Positions 16,263 to 24,925 are shown, numbered from the stretch's first letter. The stretch is DNA of 35,496 bases from an uncultured Candidatus Peribacteria bacterium (GCA_964385295.1 CAYLOL010000002.1:1-35496); one strand, 5' to 3'. Program-made: numbers and translations. The notes: a model not told the origin generated them from the letters alone.

Positions 16263-18572
16263 TTAGTTACTGTTTTGCGAAACGTTAATGCTGAAAAATT
16301 CTGGCGTAGCTAAAGGGGCGATATTGTCTAGGAATGCCTTTCCGTAGTCTTTTTTGTGGATCCTTGAGTCAAATAGGGTAAGAGTGCCTCCAGGGAGTCT
16401 ATTGATTGCTTTTTTAAGGCGAAAAATAGCTAATGGTATTTGTAATCCGTCGAATGGTCGTTCAAACTCGTTTGAAAGTGTGATTAGATATGGATCTGAA
16501 GGTGCATTGAATGGGAGTTTGTGTAGGTATAGATGATTTATCAATTCGGGATTTGGGAATATTTCCCAGGCGTTGGTGGTGAGAAATAGTGCTGAGTTTT
16601 CGGGATCTTGCTTGAATTGCTCGGCTATTTTTCCTATTGAGCCGGTGAGTTGCGAGACTATTTTGAGATCTTTGCGTTTGTCTTTGAGGGAAAGAGTGAA
16701 GTATTCGAGAACTTTCCTTGAGTTGCATGCTATGGCTGAGCCGCCTTTTAGATTCTTGGTGAGGTAGGCGTTTAATGCATTGTTACTTTCTCTTTCGTTT
16801 TGAGGAGTGTCTTGGGATATTTCAATCGTGATGTCTTTTTTGGGAGTTTCAAGTTTTGTTATTGGGAGGTTTTGAGGGAGGCCGAATAGAAATTTTGTGA
16901 ATGTCCCTTGGTCTTGCAGATCCAGGGATTCGTCGACTATTTTTAATATTTCGACTTTATCCAGGATGGCTTTTATTGGTTCCTTGAGTGAGTTTGGTGC
17001 TTTGCGGAATACAACTTCACTATGTGTGTCTTTTTCGATCCAGATAGTTTCTTTTTCTAGGTCTGGATTGCGGAATGTCTCATCCAGGATAGTGAGGAAT
17101 TTTTTCCATTTTTTTAGGATTGGGGCGGTGTGAATGTTGTTTATGTCTGCGAGGTCTTTTGATATTTCGATGAGGCTTGTGATTGCGTCTGATATATTTT
17201 TCCATTCGGGCGTTTGGAAATGTGATTCGTTGATTACACTTCGTGGGGTGTAGAGGTTTTTGTCGTTATACTTTTCAAAGAGGAGGCCGATTAGGCCGAA
17301 TAGTATTGAGGCTCGAGAAAGTAAAGACTCGAGTGCCGGGTTGGCTTTGTGGGTTTCCTGGAGTTGTTCGATGCAACCAGAGAAGTTTGTGAGGGAAAAT
17401 TGGGTTGAGAGGTCGTGGTGTAGTGTTTTTGTGAATGAAGTGAAATCTATTATTATCAATTCTTTAATTTCTGGTTTTTCTTCAATGAGGTATTTGTGAG
17501 AACAGATTACTGGATGTTCTGTGTCCTTTGACGTTGCTTCCGTGATGAATGGTTCTGATTTTATGTCGGTGAAATCAGGATCAGCGTTTATTCTATCGAG
17601 AGTTATGTATTCTTTTCTAAAAAACGACACTTCGCTTAGGTGGCCTGTCTTGGTTTGGTTTAGCCAAATTATGTATTTTAGAATGGCTGTTGTTTCGTAA
17701 TTTTCAAAATGATCTTTTGTTGCAAATTCTTTGAGGCGTTTTGGCGAAATGTAATTTGTTGGGGCCTCGATTTGAGCAATTTCTTCTGGAAGATCTTGCT
17801 GAATTTCTCGGAATAAGTAGTGGGAAGTTGCGATGTACGTGTCTTTGTTTGCGTTTTTTGCTAGGTCGAGGGTGAGTGCTTCGTGTGGTTGCGGGAATTC
17901 GAATAGCGCAGAGTCTTTTGTGTCTAGGATCTCTTGAAATGGAGTGTCTTTGGGTTCAAGTTTTTGTTTAGCTTTAGGTTCTGGGGGGCTTCCGTCTTTG
18001 TGGTTTAGCGTTAGTAGAAAATCTTTCAATGGCCAATCTGTTTTTTTGCAGATTGCGTGAATTTCTTCTATTAATTCTCCTGGGAGTTCTTGGAATTTGT
18101 TTGCAAGTTTTAGAAACAATTCCATTGCAGCTATTGCATCGTCGAGTGCACGATGCTTTTCTTCGTGTGTTAATTCTAATATTTGAGTAAGGACTTCTAG
18201 GCTGTAGGAACTTAAGTTTGGGATTAGTATGCTTGTGAGTTCGAGGGTGTCGTATTCTGGATTTACTAATTCAATTCCATTTGCGCGTAGAAAATTAGTA
18301 TCAAATTGTATGTTGTGCCCGATGATTGGAAGATCGCCAATAAAGTCTTCCATTTCTTTTTGTTTGTTCTTGAATAGCGGAGCGCTCGCAACATCTGCGT
18401 CTTTAATCCCGGTGATATGAGTGACGATTTGAGGAATTGATACCCCAGGATTTATTAATATTTGAAGAGTTTCTTTGTTTCCCTCGAGATCGAATTTTAT
18501 AGCTCCGAATTCAATGATTCGGTCCTTGTCTGGGTGGAACCCTGTGGTTTCTAGATCCAGTGAAATGAACAT
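16263..18572 (-). CDS. DnaQ-type 3'-5' exonuclease fused to a degenerate DinG/XPD-like helicase scaffold
   Basis: The N-terminus has ExoI SLDLETTG, ExoII GHNIQFDTNFL and ExoIII HRALDDAIA. The C-terminus has a DinG-like Helicase_C_2 region (LFLTTNAWEIF..HKLPFNAPSDPY..LFDSRI). I see no GxGKS/T Walker A, and DFTS sits where DEAH is expected. I chose the ATG at 18572, because the track starts on a TTG at 18623. Confidence 0.8.
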   Translation of the reverse strand: MFISLDLETTGFHPDKDRIIEFGAIKFDLEGNKETLQILINPGVSIPQIVTHITGIKDADVASAPLFKNKQKEMEDFIGDLPIIGHNIQFDTNFLRANGIELVNPEYDTLELTSILIPNLSSYSLEVLTQILELTHEEKHRALDDAIAAMELFLKLANKFQELPGELIEEIHAICKKTDWPLKDFLLTLNHKDGSPPEPKAKQKLEPKDTPFQEILDTKDSALFEFPQPHEALTLDLAKNANKDTYIATSHYLFREIQQDLPEEIAQIEAPTNYISPKRLKEFATKDHFENYETTAILKYIIWLNQTKTGHLSEVSFFRKEYITLDRINADPDFTDIKSEPFITEATSKDTEHPVICSHKYLIEEKPEIKELIIIDFTSFTKTLHHDLSTQFSLTNFSGCIEQLQETHKANPALESLLSRASILFGLIGLLFEKYNDKNLYTPRSVINESHFQTPEWKNISDAITSLIEISKDLADINNIHTAPILKKWKKFLTILDETFRNPDLEKETIWIEKDTHSEVVFRKAPNSLKEPIKAILDKVEILKIVDESLDLQDQGTFTKFLFGLPQNLPITKLETPKKDITIEISQDTPQNERESNNALNAYLTKNLKGGSAIACNSRKVLEYFTLSLKDKRKDLKIVSQLTGSIGKIAEQFKQDPENSALFLTTNAWEIFPNPELINHLYLHKLPFNAPSDPYLITLSNEFERPFDGLQIPLAIFRLKKAINRLPGGTLTLFDSRIHKKDYGKAFLDNIAPLATPEFFSINVSQNSN

Positions 18573-18665
18573 GCTTCTAATGTATATGAAAATTTGGGGG
18601 AGGGGAATGTCTTCTCGTAGCAATCTAAATTAGAAAACAGCTCTTGGTATGTCTACCGTATGTTT

Positions 18666-18694
18666 TTGACAAGAGTGAGGTTGCTGAGTATAGT
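18666..18694 (+). promoter_or_regulatory. Near-consensus sigma70 promoter
   Basis: TTGACA (18666-18671), a 17-nt spacer, then TATAGT (18689-18694). It points away from the DinG-like gene. Confidence 0.6.
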
Positions 18695-18699
18695 TGTAT

Positions 18700-19044
18700 G
18701 ATTTTCCAAAACAGAAAGTCAATGCCCTAGAAAAGCAAATTGAAAACCGGAAAAACAAAAACAAAACAATCCCTGGACGAGGGATGGGGGGAATAAGAAA
18801 TTGTTCCTCCTTCTCTCTTCCTGAGGCGATGCTCATTACCGTGAGCGATGACGATCAGACTGTTCTGGTCACTGTTCCGCTCTTATCCTTGACGCTTGCG
18901 ACATGTGATAGGGGAGCACGGGCAGCCGGTGGTGCGGCTGAAAACAACACCAAAGCCTTGGCCGAGATAAAAACAAAAATTAAAAGTCTCAACGTACCAC
19001 CATTCGTTGATAGATTTAGCCCCTAGCAATAGGGGTTTTTGTTT
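18700..19044 (+). other. Orphan transcription unit of about 340 nt: a structured sRNA candidate or a small ORF (80 aa from ATG 18784)
   Basis: It is bounded by the promoter above and a terminator. An A-rich 5' third is followed by a GC-rich segment with stacked local hairpins (18787-18810, 18831-18846, 18853-18870, 18923-18940). One frame is open from 18694 to TAG 19024-19026. It runs antisense to the surrounding minus-strand genes. Confidence 0.4.
19020..19044 (+). terminator. Rho-independent terminator
   Basis: CCCCT-AGCAAT-AGGGG is followed by TTTTTGTTT. The U-tract exists only on the plus-strand reading. Confidence 0.6.
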
Positions 19045-20752
19045 AGGATGTAGTAGGCATAGCTTCGACGTATGATTGAAGGGCTTTGATTGTTTTGTCT
19101 CCAGCTTCACCGTCTACGCCGTTATCATTATCGCCAGTTTTTCCGAGTTTAAACCCTTTTTTAAGCAAAGCTGCTTGGATTACTTCGATGTAATCTTTTC
19201 CTTCTTCGGCTGTGGCCTCTACATTTAGTTTTTCGAGGATGAGCGGGTTGTTTGTTTTGTGCTCTTTTGTTAGGCCTTTTGTTTTAGTAATTCTATTTGC
19301 GTGGTCTTTAAGATTAAATTCATTTTTGAAAGCTGCGAGTTTTTCTTTGTGTGATTTTTCTTCTAATGTTTCGATTTTATATTTCCTTTTGATATTGTGA
19401 TCAGATCCAAATTTTCTTTCTATTGTTGATATTACTGTTTTTCCATCGTTGTCTTTTTCTACATTTATCTTCGTGAAATGAAAAGGATTGGTTTGTGTAA
19501 GGTTGAGGAATTTGTTAACTGTGCCGTCTACTTTCATGTCATGACCGTTTTCCGGGGTTATGTTTAACCTAAACCTATTGTTGTTCTGGACAGTTCTTCC
19601 TAATTTTTCTGTCGTTGTATTCAACTTATTTCCTGTGAATACTTTGCTTTCTCCGGCCTTAGTTAAAATCTTTTGTCCTTCGGTTCTTAATTTTTCTTTT
19701 TTTTCTGAACTAATTTCAAGTCCTTCCGGAGATGTTGGCGTTGTGGTTGGGGCTACACTGACAGGTGGAGATGCTGATGGTGAGGTTGAGGCTACGTCGG
19801 TAGCTCCTGTTGCTGGGGCCGAGGTTGAGGTTATGCCGGTAGCCGTAGGCGCTGGTTTGTTATATGCTTTTTGTAGGTTTTTAATGGTTGTATTAAATTT
19901 TTCCAAATAGTCTTCTCGAGATGAATAACCTATATCCCAAGTTTTACGAAGATGTTTTAGGTAGTTTGGTAATATTGTGAATATGTACTCTTCGACGGTG
20001 ACTTTGTAGGTTGCTAGTTCAGCTCCTTTTAGGGATTTTAGCTCCGCGAAAATTTTATCTATTTTTTCAAAATCTATTCCAACTTTCTCCCCACTCTCAT
20101 TTTCTTGTATTCCCAATGTTTCTTTGAACTTAGGAATTTTTGGTGCATCAATTCCTTCTCCGCTTGTATGCCCATCGTCTAATGTTTCTTGATGTCTTAT
20201 CTTTGCTTTTTCAAATTCATCTACTCCTCCCTCTAATAAATCAGCTTGCCTACTGTCCCTTTCACTTCTTGATCTGAGTAATCGTTTTTTCTTTCTCAAT
20301 ACAACTGCTTTTTCTCTATTAGCTATCTTCATTCTTTCTAGGCTTTCTTGTGTTGAAAGTTTTGATGGTCCTTTGCTAGGTTTGTGTATCCAGGTTATTA
20401 TCACTTCAGGCGCAATGTGGTAGATACCAGCAACAACATTTATTCCTTCCATTAGGGCCTTTTTTTTCAATTTCATTTCTTTCCGTTTTGCTTTTCTCGC
20501 TGCTTTAGTTTTATCTTTAAGTTCTATCTTAGGATTATTGCCCCATGGATTGCTAAAAGAGCTCGTGAGGATTTGGCCTAATTCATTTGTTTCGATTTCT
20601 ATTGCTTGCACTACTGGGTTTCCTGAATTATTAAGAGCTGCGTTTGCATAACCTGCTGCCCATTCCGCAGCAGATCTTCCAAGTCGAGCATGGTATTCTG
20701 AGTTTCCAACTTTGTTATGTTCTCCTGGTGTGTTCAGATCTTCCGAGCCCAT
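19043..20752 (-). CDS. Hypothetical protein with a C-terminal peptidoglycan-binding (PG_binding_1-like) domain
   Basis: C-terminal YIEVIQAALLKKGFKLGKTGDNDNGVDGEAGDKTIKALQSYVEA fits the PG_binding_1 pattern (V..lQ..L..G....DG.fG..T..A...). It also has a central Ser/Thr/Pro/Ala linker and Lys/Arg-rich helical stretches, and no evident signal peptide. Confidence 0.7.
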   Translation of the reverse strand: MGSEDLNTPGEHNKVGNSEYHARLGRSAAEWAAGYANAALNNSGNPVVQAIEIETNELGQILTSSFSNPWGNNPKIELKDKTKAARKAKRKEMKLKKKALMEGINVVAGIYHIAPEVIITWIHKPSKGPSKLSTQESLERMKIANREKAVVLRKKKRLLRSRSERDSRQADLLEGGVDEFEKAKIRHQETLDDGHTSGEGIDAPKIPKFKETLGIQENESGEKVGIDFEKIDKIFAELKSLKGAELATYKVTVEEYIFTILPNYLKHLRKTWDIGYSSREDYLEKFNTTIKNLQKAYNKPAPTATGITSTSAPATGATDVASTSPSASPPVSVAPTTTPTSPEGLEISSEKKEKLRTEGQKILTKAGESKVFTGNKLNTTTEKLGRTVQNNNRFRLNITPENGHDMKVDGTVNKFLNLTQTNPFHFTKINVEKDNDGKTVISTIERKFGSDHNIKRKYKIETLEEKSHKEKLAAFKNEFNLKDHANRITKTKGLTKEHKTNNPLILEKLNVEATAEEGKDYIEVIQAALLKKGFKLGKTGDNDNGVDGEAGDKTIKALQSYVEAMPTTS

Positions 20753-20757
20753 TGAAT

Positions 20758-20940
20758 TTATTGGTTATTTAAGTCTTGTTCCAATTTTGCTACTTCCTTC
20801 TTGTCGTCTTTTTCCCACTCTTTTTTGTAAAATTCCTTTGTTTTTTCATCTACTGCTTTAAGAATTTCCAGCTTAAGCTCTGGAGTTATCTCTCGGCCGT
20901 CTTCTGTGTACTGTTTTTTTGTTTGTTTTTTGCTGTTCAT
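20758..20940 (-). CDS. Small hypothetical charged protein (60 aa)
   Basis: The ORF ends 5 nt before the start of the 569-aa gene. A TATAAT lies about 20 nt upstream of its ATG, and the terminator of the preceding gene lies upstream of that. Confidence 0.5.
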   Translation of the reverse strand: MNSKKQTKKQYTEDGREITPELKLEILKAVDEKTKEFYKKEWEKDDKKEVAKLEQDLNNQ

Positions 20941-20970
20941 AATGTTTGTTTTATCAGGTTATTATAGCAT

Positions 20971-21003
20971 AAAAAGAGCCTCCCGCCAAGGGTAGGGGAG
21001 GCT
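20971..21003 (-). terminator. Rho-independent terminator after the SLH gene
   Basis: On the minus strand, AGCCTCCC-CTACCCTTGGC-GGGAGGCT is followed by CTTTTTAT. Confidence 0.6.
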
Positions 21004-21021
21004 ATTCCGATAACTATTTTT

Positions 21022-23277
21022 TTAGAAGAATGTTTTCCGGATCATCTTTGCACATTCAGCTCTATTTAGGGTTTTTCCTGGCTCAAATGTTCCTTTGTTT
21101 GTGCCGTCTACAATGCCGTATTGAGACATTTTTTGTACTGCATTTCTATACCAAGCTTTTTCAGCTACGTCTGAGAAGTTTTTGGCTGCTTTGTTTGATA
21201 AATGTTCCGTGAGGGTTGGGTATTTTTCTATTACATTTAGTAGAACTTGTGCTGCTTCTGATTTTGTTATTATAGATTCTGGTTTAAATGTTCCGTCAGA
21301 ATATCCATCAACAATTCCTAGTAGTTGTGCGGTATAAATGGGGCTTGCATACCAGTCATATGTGTCTAGATCTGAATATGTAGTTGTTCCCTCGCACTTT
21401 GAGTATTTTGGACATACTTCTTCGACTAAGTTTTTTGTTTCTAATGCGTTTACGACGATTGTTATGAATTCTGCTCTGTTCATTTCTTGTCCAGGCTTGT
21501 ATGTGCCATCGTAGTATCCTTTTACTACTCCCTCAGAACTTAGATAGTAGACGTCGTCTCCGTACCATTCCGTAGTGTCTACATCCGAGAAGTCTTCGTT
21601 GTTTTTGAATGTTAGGTTATCAGCTGCGTCGAATAATAATTCAAAATTGCCCACTATGTTCACGAAGTTGTTTGTATCAAATTTGATTTCCAGTGATCCG
21701 TCGAATTCTTCTGACGTTGAATTTCCGTAGGACGAAAGGTAGTCTATGAATCCTAGTGCTTGATTGAGCTTTTGGTTGAAGTTGTCGAGTGCAGCTTCTG
21801 AATTGTTATCTGTATTCACAAATTCAGCCATCATGTTTTGGATATATTTACTGAGATTTCCCATGTCAAAGTATCCTACAGATGTTGCATTTTTGCCTGT
21901 TACGCTGTTCACTTTTGATGGATTTAGGCCGTCTCCATATGTAGTTGCAATGTTTGGGTCATTTGAAAGTAAAAGAATGTCGTCGTCTGTTATTCCTAAT
22001 GTAATTTCAAAGTCCAACGCATTATTTAGATAATATTGCGCGTATGGATTTTTTGATTTTTTGTCTGTGAAGTTGATTGAGATTTTTATTAGGTTACTTG
22101 ATCCTATTTCTATATCTTCTTTCGTTAGTGTAAATTTTGTTCCGTTGTTTTGGATAATTACTTGGTCATTAAATTTGCTACCTTCTTGCTCGAGAGTTGT
22201 CCATAGTTTGTCTATTAATAATTCGACTCCGTCTTGTGCTGCCTCTGGATTACTTGAAACGTCCGTAAGCATTGTTACCCCAGGGATCATTTCTGATTCG
22301 TCGTAGATAGATATCGCTAGCTCTTCTCCGAAGAGTCCCAGTAAATCCTTACTGAACGTGAGTCCTGTTGCTTCGAACATCTCTGCTTCAATTTCTTCCC
22401 ATTCTGGAACTAATTGTAGGGATTTTTCAAATGTATCTTCTGCATATGTTTGGTCTGCAAAATAGATTGGGCTTTTGTTTGGAAGATATTCGAACAAAGA
22501 TATATTGGCTGAACTTGTTGTGTCTAGTCCCATTTCTGCGAGTTTATCTTCGTCGAATGTTCCTGTGTAGTCGACCGTCAATGTGTTGCCTGTAATTTCT
22601 GCAGAAAACGCCAGTGACTCTATCGTATTGATGTCTTCTGGAGATTCGTAGTAATAAAAATCGCTGTATAAATCGTTTATCATTGTTTTGAATATATAAC
22701 TTTCTGCGAAGTTGTTTGATGAGACCTGATCTTTCAATTTTTCATATTCTCTATTTTCCGATAGCCGTGCCACTGAATCTTCAACCAATCTGATTTCTAG
22801 ATCTCGAAAATAATCTTCGTTATTTGCTAGGAATATATATCCGTCAATATAGGCATAACAGTCTGAATATCCATTACAATATATGTTTTCACTTTCTGTC
22901 CATGTCGTCCCTTCTGCTTCTAAAATATCTGCAATATTTTCTTGAAATTCTGCTTCAGTTGCTTGAAGAAAGATTGCGGGTGTTTTTGTGAAAGTACTAT
23001 CAATTTCGTAGAAAATTCCAAATTGATTGCTGCTTGCTTTTTCGACGATGAACTCGGTAGTTACTTGTTGATCTATTGAGGAAAAAGTACTTTCCATTAA
23101 TTCTTCCCATTTATTTTTTAAGGTTGAGTTAAGATTGTCTGGATTGAATGACACGAAGAGGCCAGCGGTAGCCGGGATTGCCGTTGCGAGGTCACTTGAA
23201 ATTGTTACTGCATTTCCCGTGATTGTTAGGGTTAGAAAAATAGCACTTGCAGTTAGTGCTGAGATAAGCTTTTTCAT
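21022..23277 (-). CDS. Secreted cell-surface protein with three C-terminal SLH domains
   Basis: Has a signal peptide (ISALTASAIFLTLTITGNA). Three C-terminal repeats follow the SLH pattern: FSDVDTTEWYGDDVYYLSSEGVVKGYYDGTYKP..NRAEF, YSDLDTYDWYASPIYTAQLLGIVDGYSDGTFKP and FSDVAEKAWYRNAVQKMSQYGIVDGTNKGTFEP..NRAE. I do not recognise the N-terminal ~550 aa. Confidence 0.85.
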   Translation of the reverse strand: MKKLISALTASAIFLTLTITGNAVTISSDLATAIPATAGLFVSFNPDNLNSTLKNKWEELMESTFSSIDQQVTTEFIVEKASSNQFGIFYEIDSTFTKTPAIFLQATEAEFQENIADILEAEGTTWTESENIYCNGYSDCYAYIDGYIFLANNEDYFRDLEIRLVEDSVARLSENREYEKLKDQVSSNNFAESYIFKTMINDLYSDFYYYESPEDINTIESLAFSAEITGNTLTVDYTGTFDEDKLAEMGLDTTSSANISLFEYLPNKSPIYFADQTYAEDTFEKSLQLVPEWEEIEAEMFEATGLTFSKDLLGLFGEELAISIYDESEMIPGVTMLTDVSSNPEAAQDGVELLIDKLWTTLEQEGSKFNDQVIIQNNGTKFTLTKEDIEIGSSNLIKISINFTDKKSKNPYAQYYLNNALDFEITLGITDDDILLLSNDPNIATTYGDGLNPSKVNSVTGKNATSVGYFDMGNLSKYIQNMMAEFVNTDNNSEAALDNFNQKLNQALGFIDYLSSYGNSTSEEFDGSLEIKFDTNNFVNIVGNFELLFDAADNLTFKNNEDFSDVDTTEWYGDDVYYLSSEGVVKGYYDGTYKPGQEMNRAEFITIVVNALETKNLVEEVCPKYSKCEGTTTYSDLDTYDWYASPIYTAQLLGIVDGYSDGTFKPESIITKSEAAQVLLNVIEKYPTLTEHLSNKAAKNFSDVAEKAWYRNAVQKMSQYGIVDGTNKGTFEPGKTLNRAECAKMIRKTFF

Positions 23278-23311
23278 CGTAAGATGGTTATATTTTTATT
23301 GGGCAGTGATT

Positions 23312-24382
23312 TTATAATAATTTTACAAATTCGTCAAAGAAATGGTTTGTGTCTGTTGGTCCAGGAGTGGCTTCCGGGTGGGATTGGCAGGAGAAAAAGG
23401 GAAGAGAGGTGTGCTTGATCCCCTCTACCGTTTTGTCATTTTCATTTTTTAGCCAAACTTTCCATCCTGGTTTTAGGGATTTTTCATCAATTGCAAATCC
23501 GTGGTTTTGACTCGTGATATAACAGTGGCCCGTGTCTTGGTCGGTACATGGCTGATTTTGTGCTCTGTGGCCAAATTTGAGTTTGTATGTTTTTGCTCCT
23601 GCTGCTAGAGCCATTATTTGGGTGCCGAGACAGATTCCGAACATTGGTTTCTTTAATGCGAATGCTTTTTTGATGATGTTGTGTAATGGGGTGAGCATTG
23701 ATGGATCACCAGGTCCGTTCGAGAGGAAGATCCCGTCAAATTCGAGTCCTGCTTCTATAAAATCATAATCCCAAGGGACTCTTATTACGCTTACGTCTCT
23801 GCTTAGAAAGCTTCTGATTATGTTGTTTTTCATTCCGCAGTCTACGCAGACTATGGTTTTTTTGCCGTGCTTATATGTTTTTGGCTTCTTTGGTGAAACT
23901 TGGTCCACCAGGTTTTCGAGGTCTGGATTGTAGAAGTCGGGAGTTTCAGTTTTTTCTATTACGATTTTTCCTAATATTGTTCCATGTTCACGGATTTTTT
24001 GTGTTAATGCGCGTGTATCTATTCCGGTTATCGCTGGTATATTGTTTTCCTTGAGCCATTCCCCGAGGGATTTTTTTGCGTCCCAGTGACTGTAGTTTTC
24101 TGAGTATTCGCTTACTATTAATCCCTTGATGTGAATGTTGTTACTCTCAAATCGCTTTGATACTTGATCTTTATCTTTGCAGTTTCCGCCAACTCCGTAG
24201 TTTCCGATTAGTGGAAATGTGAGGGTTATGATTTGGCCTCGGTATGATGGGTCTGTGAAACTTTCTGGGTAGCCAACCATGGACGTGTTGAAAACGACTT
24301 CTCCTGCAGAGGAGGTCTCTGCGCCGAATGAAGTCCCTGTAAATTTTGTCCCATCCTTGAGGATGAGGGTTGCGATTGGCAT
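23312..24382 (-). CDS. carA: Carbamoyl-phosphate synthase small (glutaminase) subunit
   Basis: The N-terminus ATLILKDGTKFTGTSFGA is typical. The GATase triad region has GICLGTQIMALA and SQNHGFA. I preferred the ATG at 24382 over the tracked TTG at 24433. Confidence 0.9.
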   Translation of the reverse strand: MPIATLILKDGTKFTGTSFGAETSSAGEVVFNTSMVGYPESFTDPSYRGQIITLTFPLIGNYGVGGNCKDKDQVSKRFESNNIHIKGLIVSEYSENYSHWDAKKSLGEWLKENNIPAITGIDTRALTQKIREHGTILGKIVIEKTETPDFYNPDLENLVDQVSPKKPKTYKHGKKTIVCVDCGMKNNIIRSFLSRDVSVIRVPWDYDFIEAGLEFDGIFLSNGPGDPSMLTPLHNIIKKAFALKKPMFGICLGTQIMALAAGAKTYKLKFGHRAQNQPCTDQDTGHCYITSQNHGFAIDEKSLKPGWKVWLKNENDKTVEGIKHTSLPFFSCQSHPEATPGPTDTNHFFDEFVKLL

Positions 24383-24576
24383 TAATGGAATTATTGTCGG
24401 AGGTATTTTAGGGGTGGAGTTGAGTGTAGGCAAGGGAAATGCAAAAAAGGGTTTACTTTTGTGGTGGATTGTGGTTTAATGTTGTCTCTGTTCGCGTAAC
24501 TGGTGTCCCTAGAAATAAGGGTGATTAGTTCCGTTCAGGGGCTGATCATCGACAATTATCGAAGAAGGAGTTGGGC

Positions 24577-24897
24577 ATGAACGTATTTGACAAGTTCTGG
24601 CTAGGCGTCATTGATGCGATTGGTGGTTTTGGCCTCACATTGATTCTTGTAATCCTTGCGGGGGCCGCGATTGTCCTGATCTGGTGGATGCGCAACTATG
24701 CGCTGAATGCATTCGCTAATATGGTGGTCGAAGCCCATATTAGGGCGTTTCACCCTAGCCGCGACGGCAATCCTGAAAAGCGTGCGACAAAATTCCTTGC
24801 TTGGCTCATGTTCGAATTCGCAAGGCGGACCAAGAGGCCAGATGACGACAATCTGTTCCAGGACCCGGGTGTTGACTTCGAAGATGAGTACAAATAG
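24577..24897 (+). CDS. Small hypothetical membrane protein (106 aa)
   Basis: ATG at 24577 is preceded by GAAGGAG at 6-nt spacing. It has one strong TM helix (IGGFGLTLILVILAGAAIVLIWW) and an acidic C-terminus. GC is about 50% by hand count (162 of 321). Its own terminator follows. Confidence 0.6.
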   Translation: MNVFDKFWLGVIDAIGGFGLTLILVILAGAAIVLIWWMRNYALNAFANMVVEAHIRAFHPSRDGNPEKRATKFLAWLMFEFARRTKRPDDDNLFQDPGVDFEDEYK

Positions 24898-24925
24898 TAC
24901 TCGATTGATCAGTTTGATCAAAGTT

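Noticed and set aside
18700-19044. I tested whether the orphan unit is tmRNA, RNase P RNA or SRP (4.5S) RNA.
   Set aside because: I checked both strands by eye and found none of the expected signatures. There is no tRNA-like GGTTCGA..CCA 3' end or ALAA-stop tag frame. There is no GGAAAGTCC or ACAGAA..GGCTTA P4 element. There is no GGAAGCAG helix-8 motif. A covariance-model search would be needed for certainty.
24542-24912. Short inverted repeats (CTGATCATCGA and the reverse complement of TCGATTGATCAG) bracket the small GC-shifted ORF, as MITE or IS ends would.
   Set aside because: The repeats are only about 11 nt with an indel and are built around common TGATCA palindromes. No target-site duplication is evident. 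I kept this only as a side note in the cassette finding.
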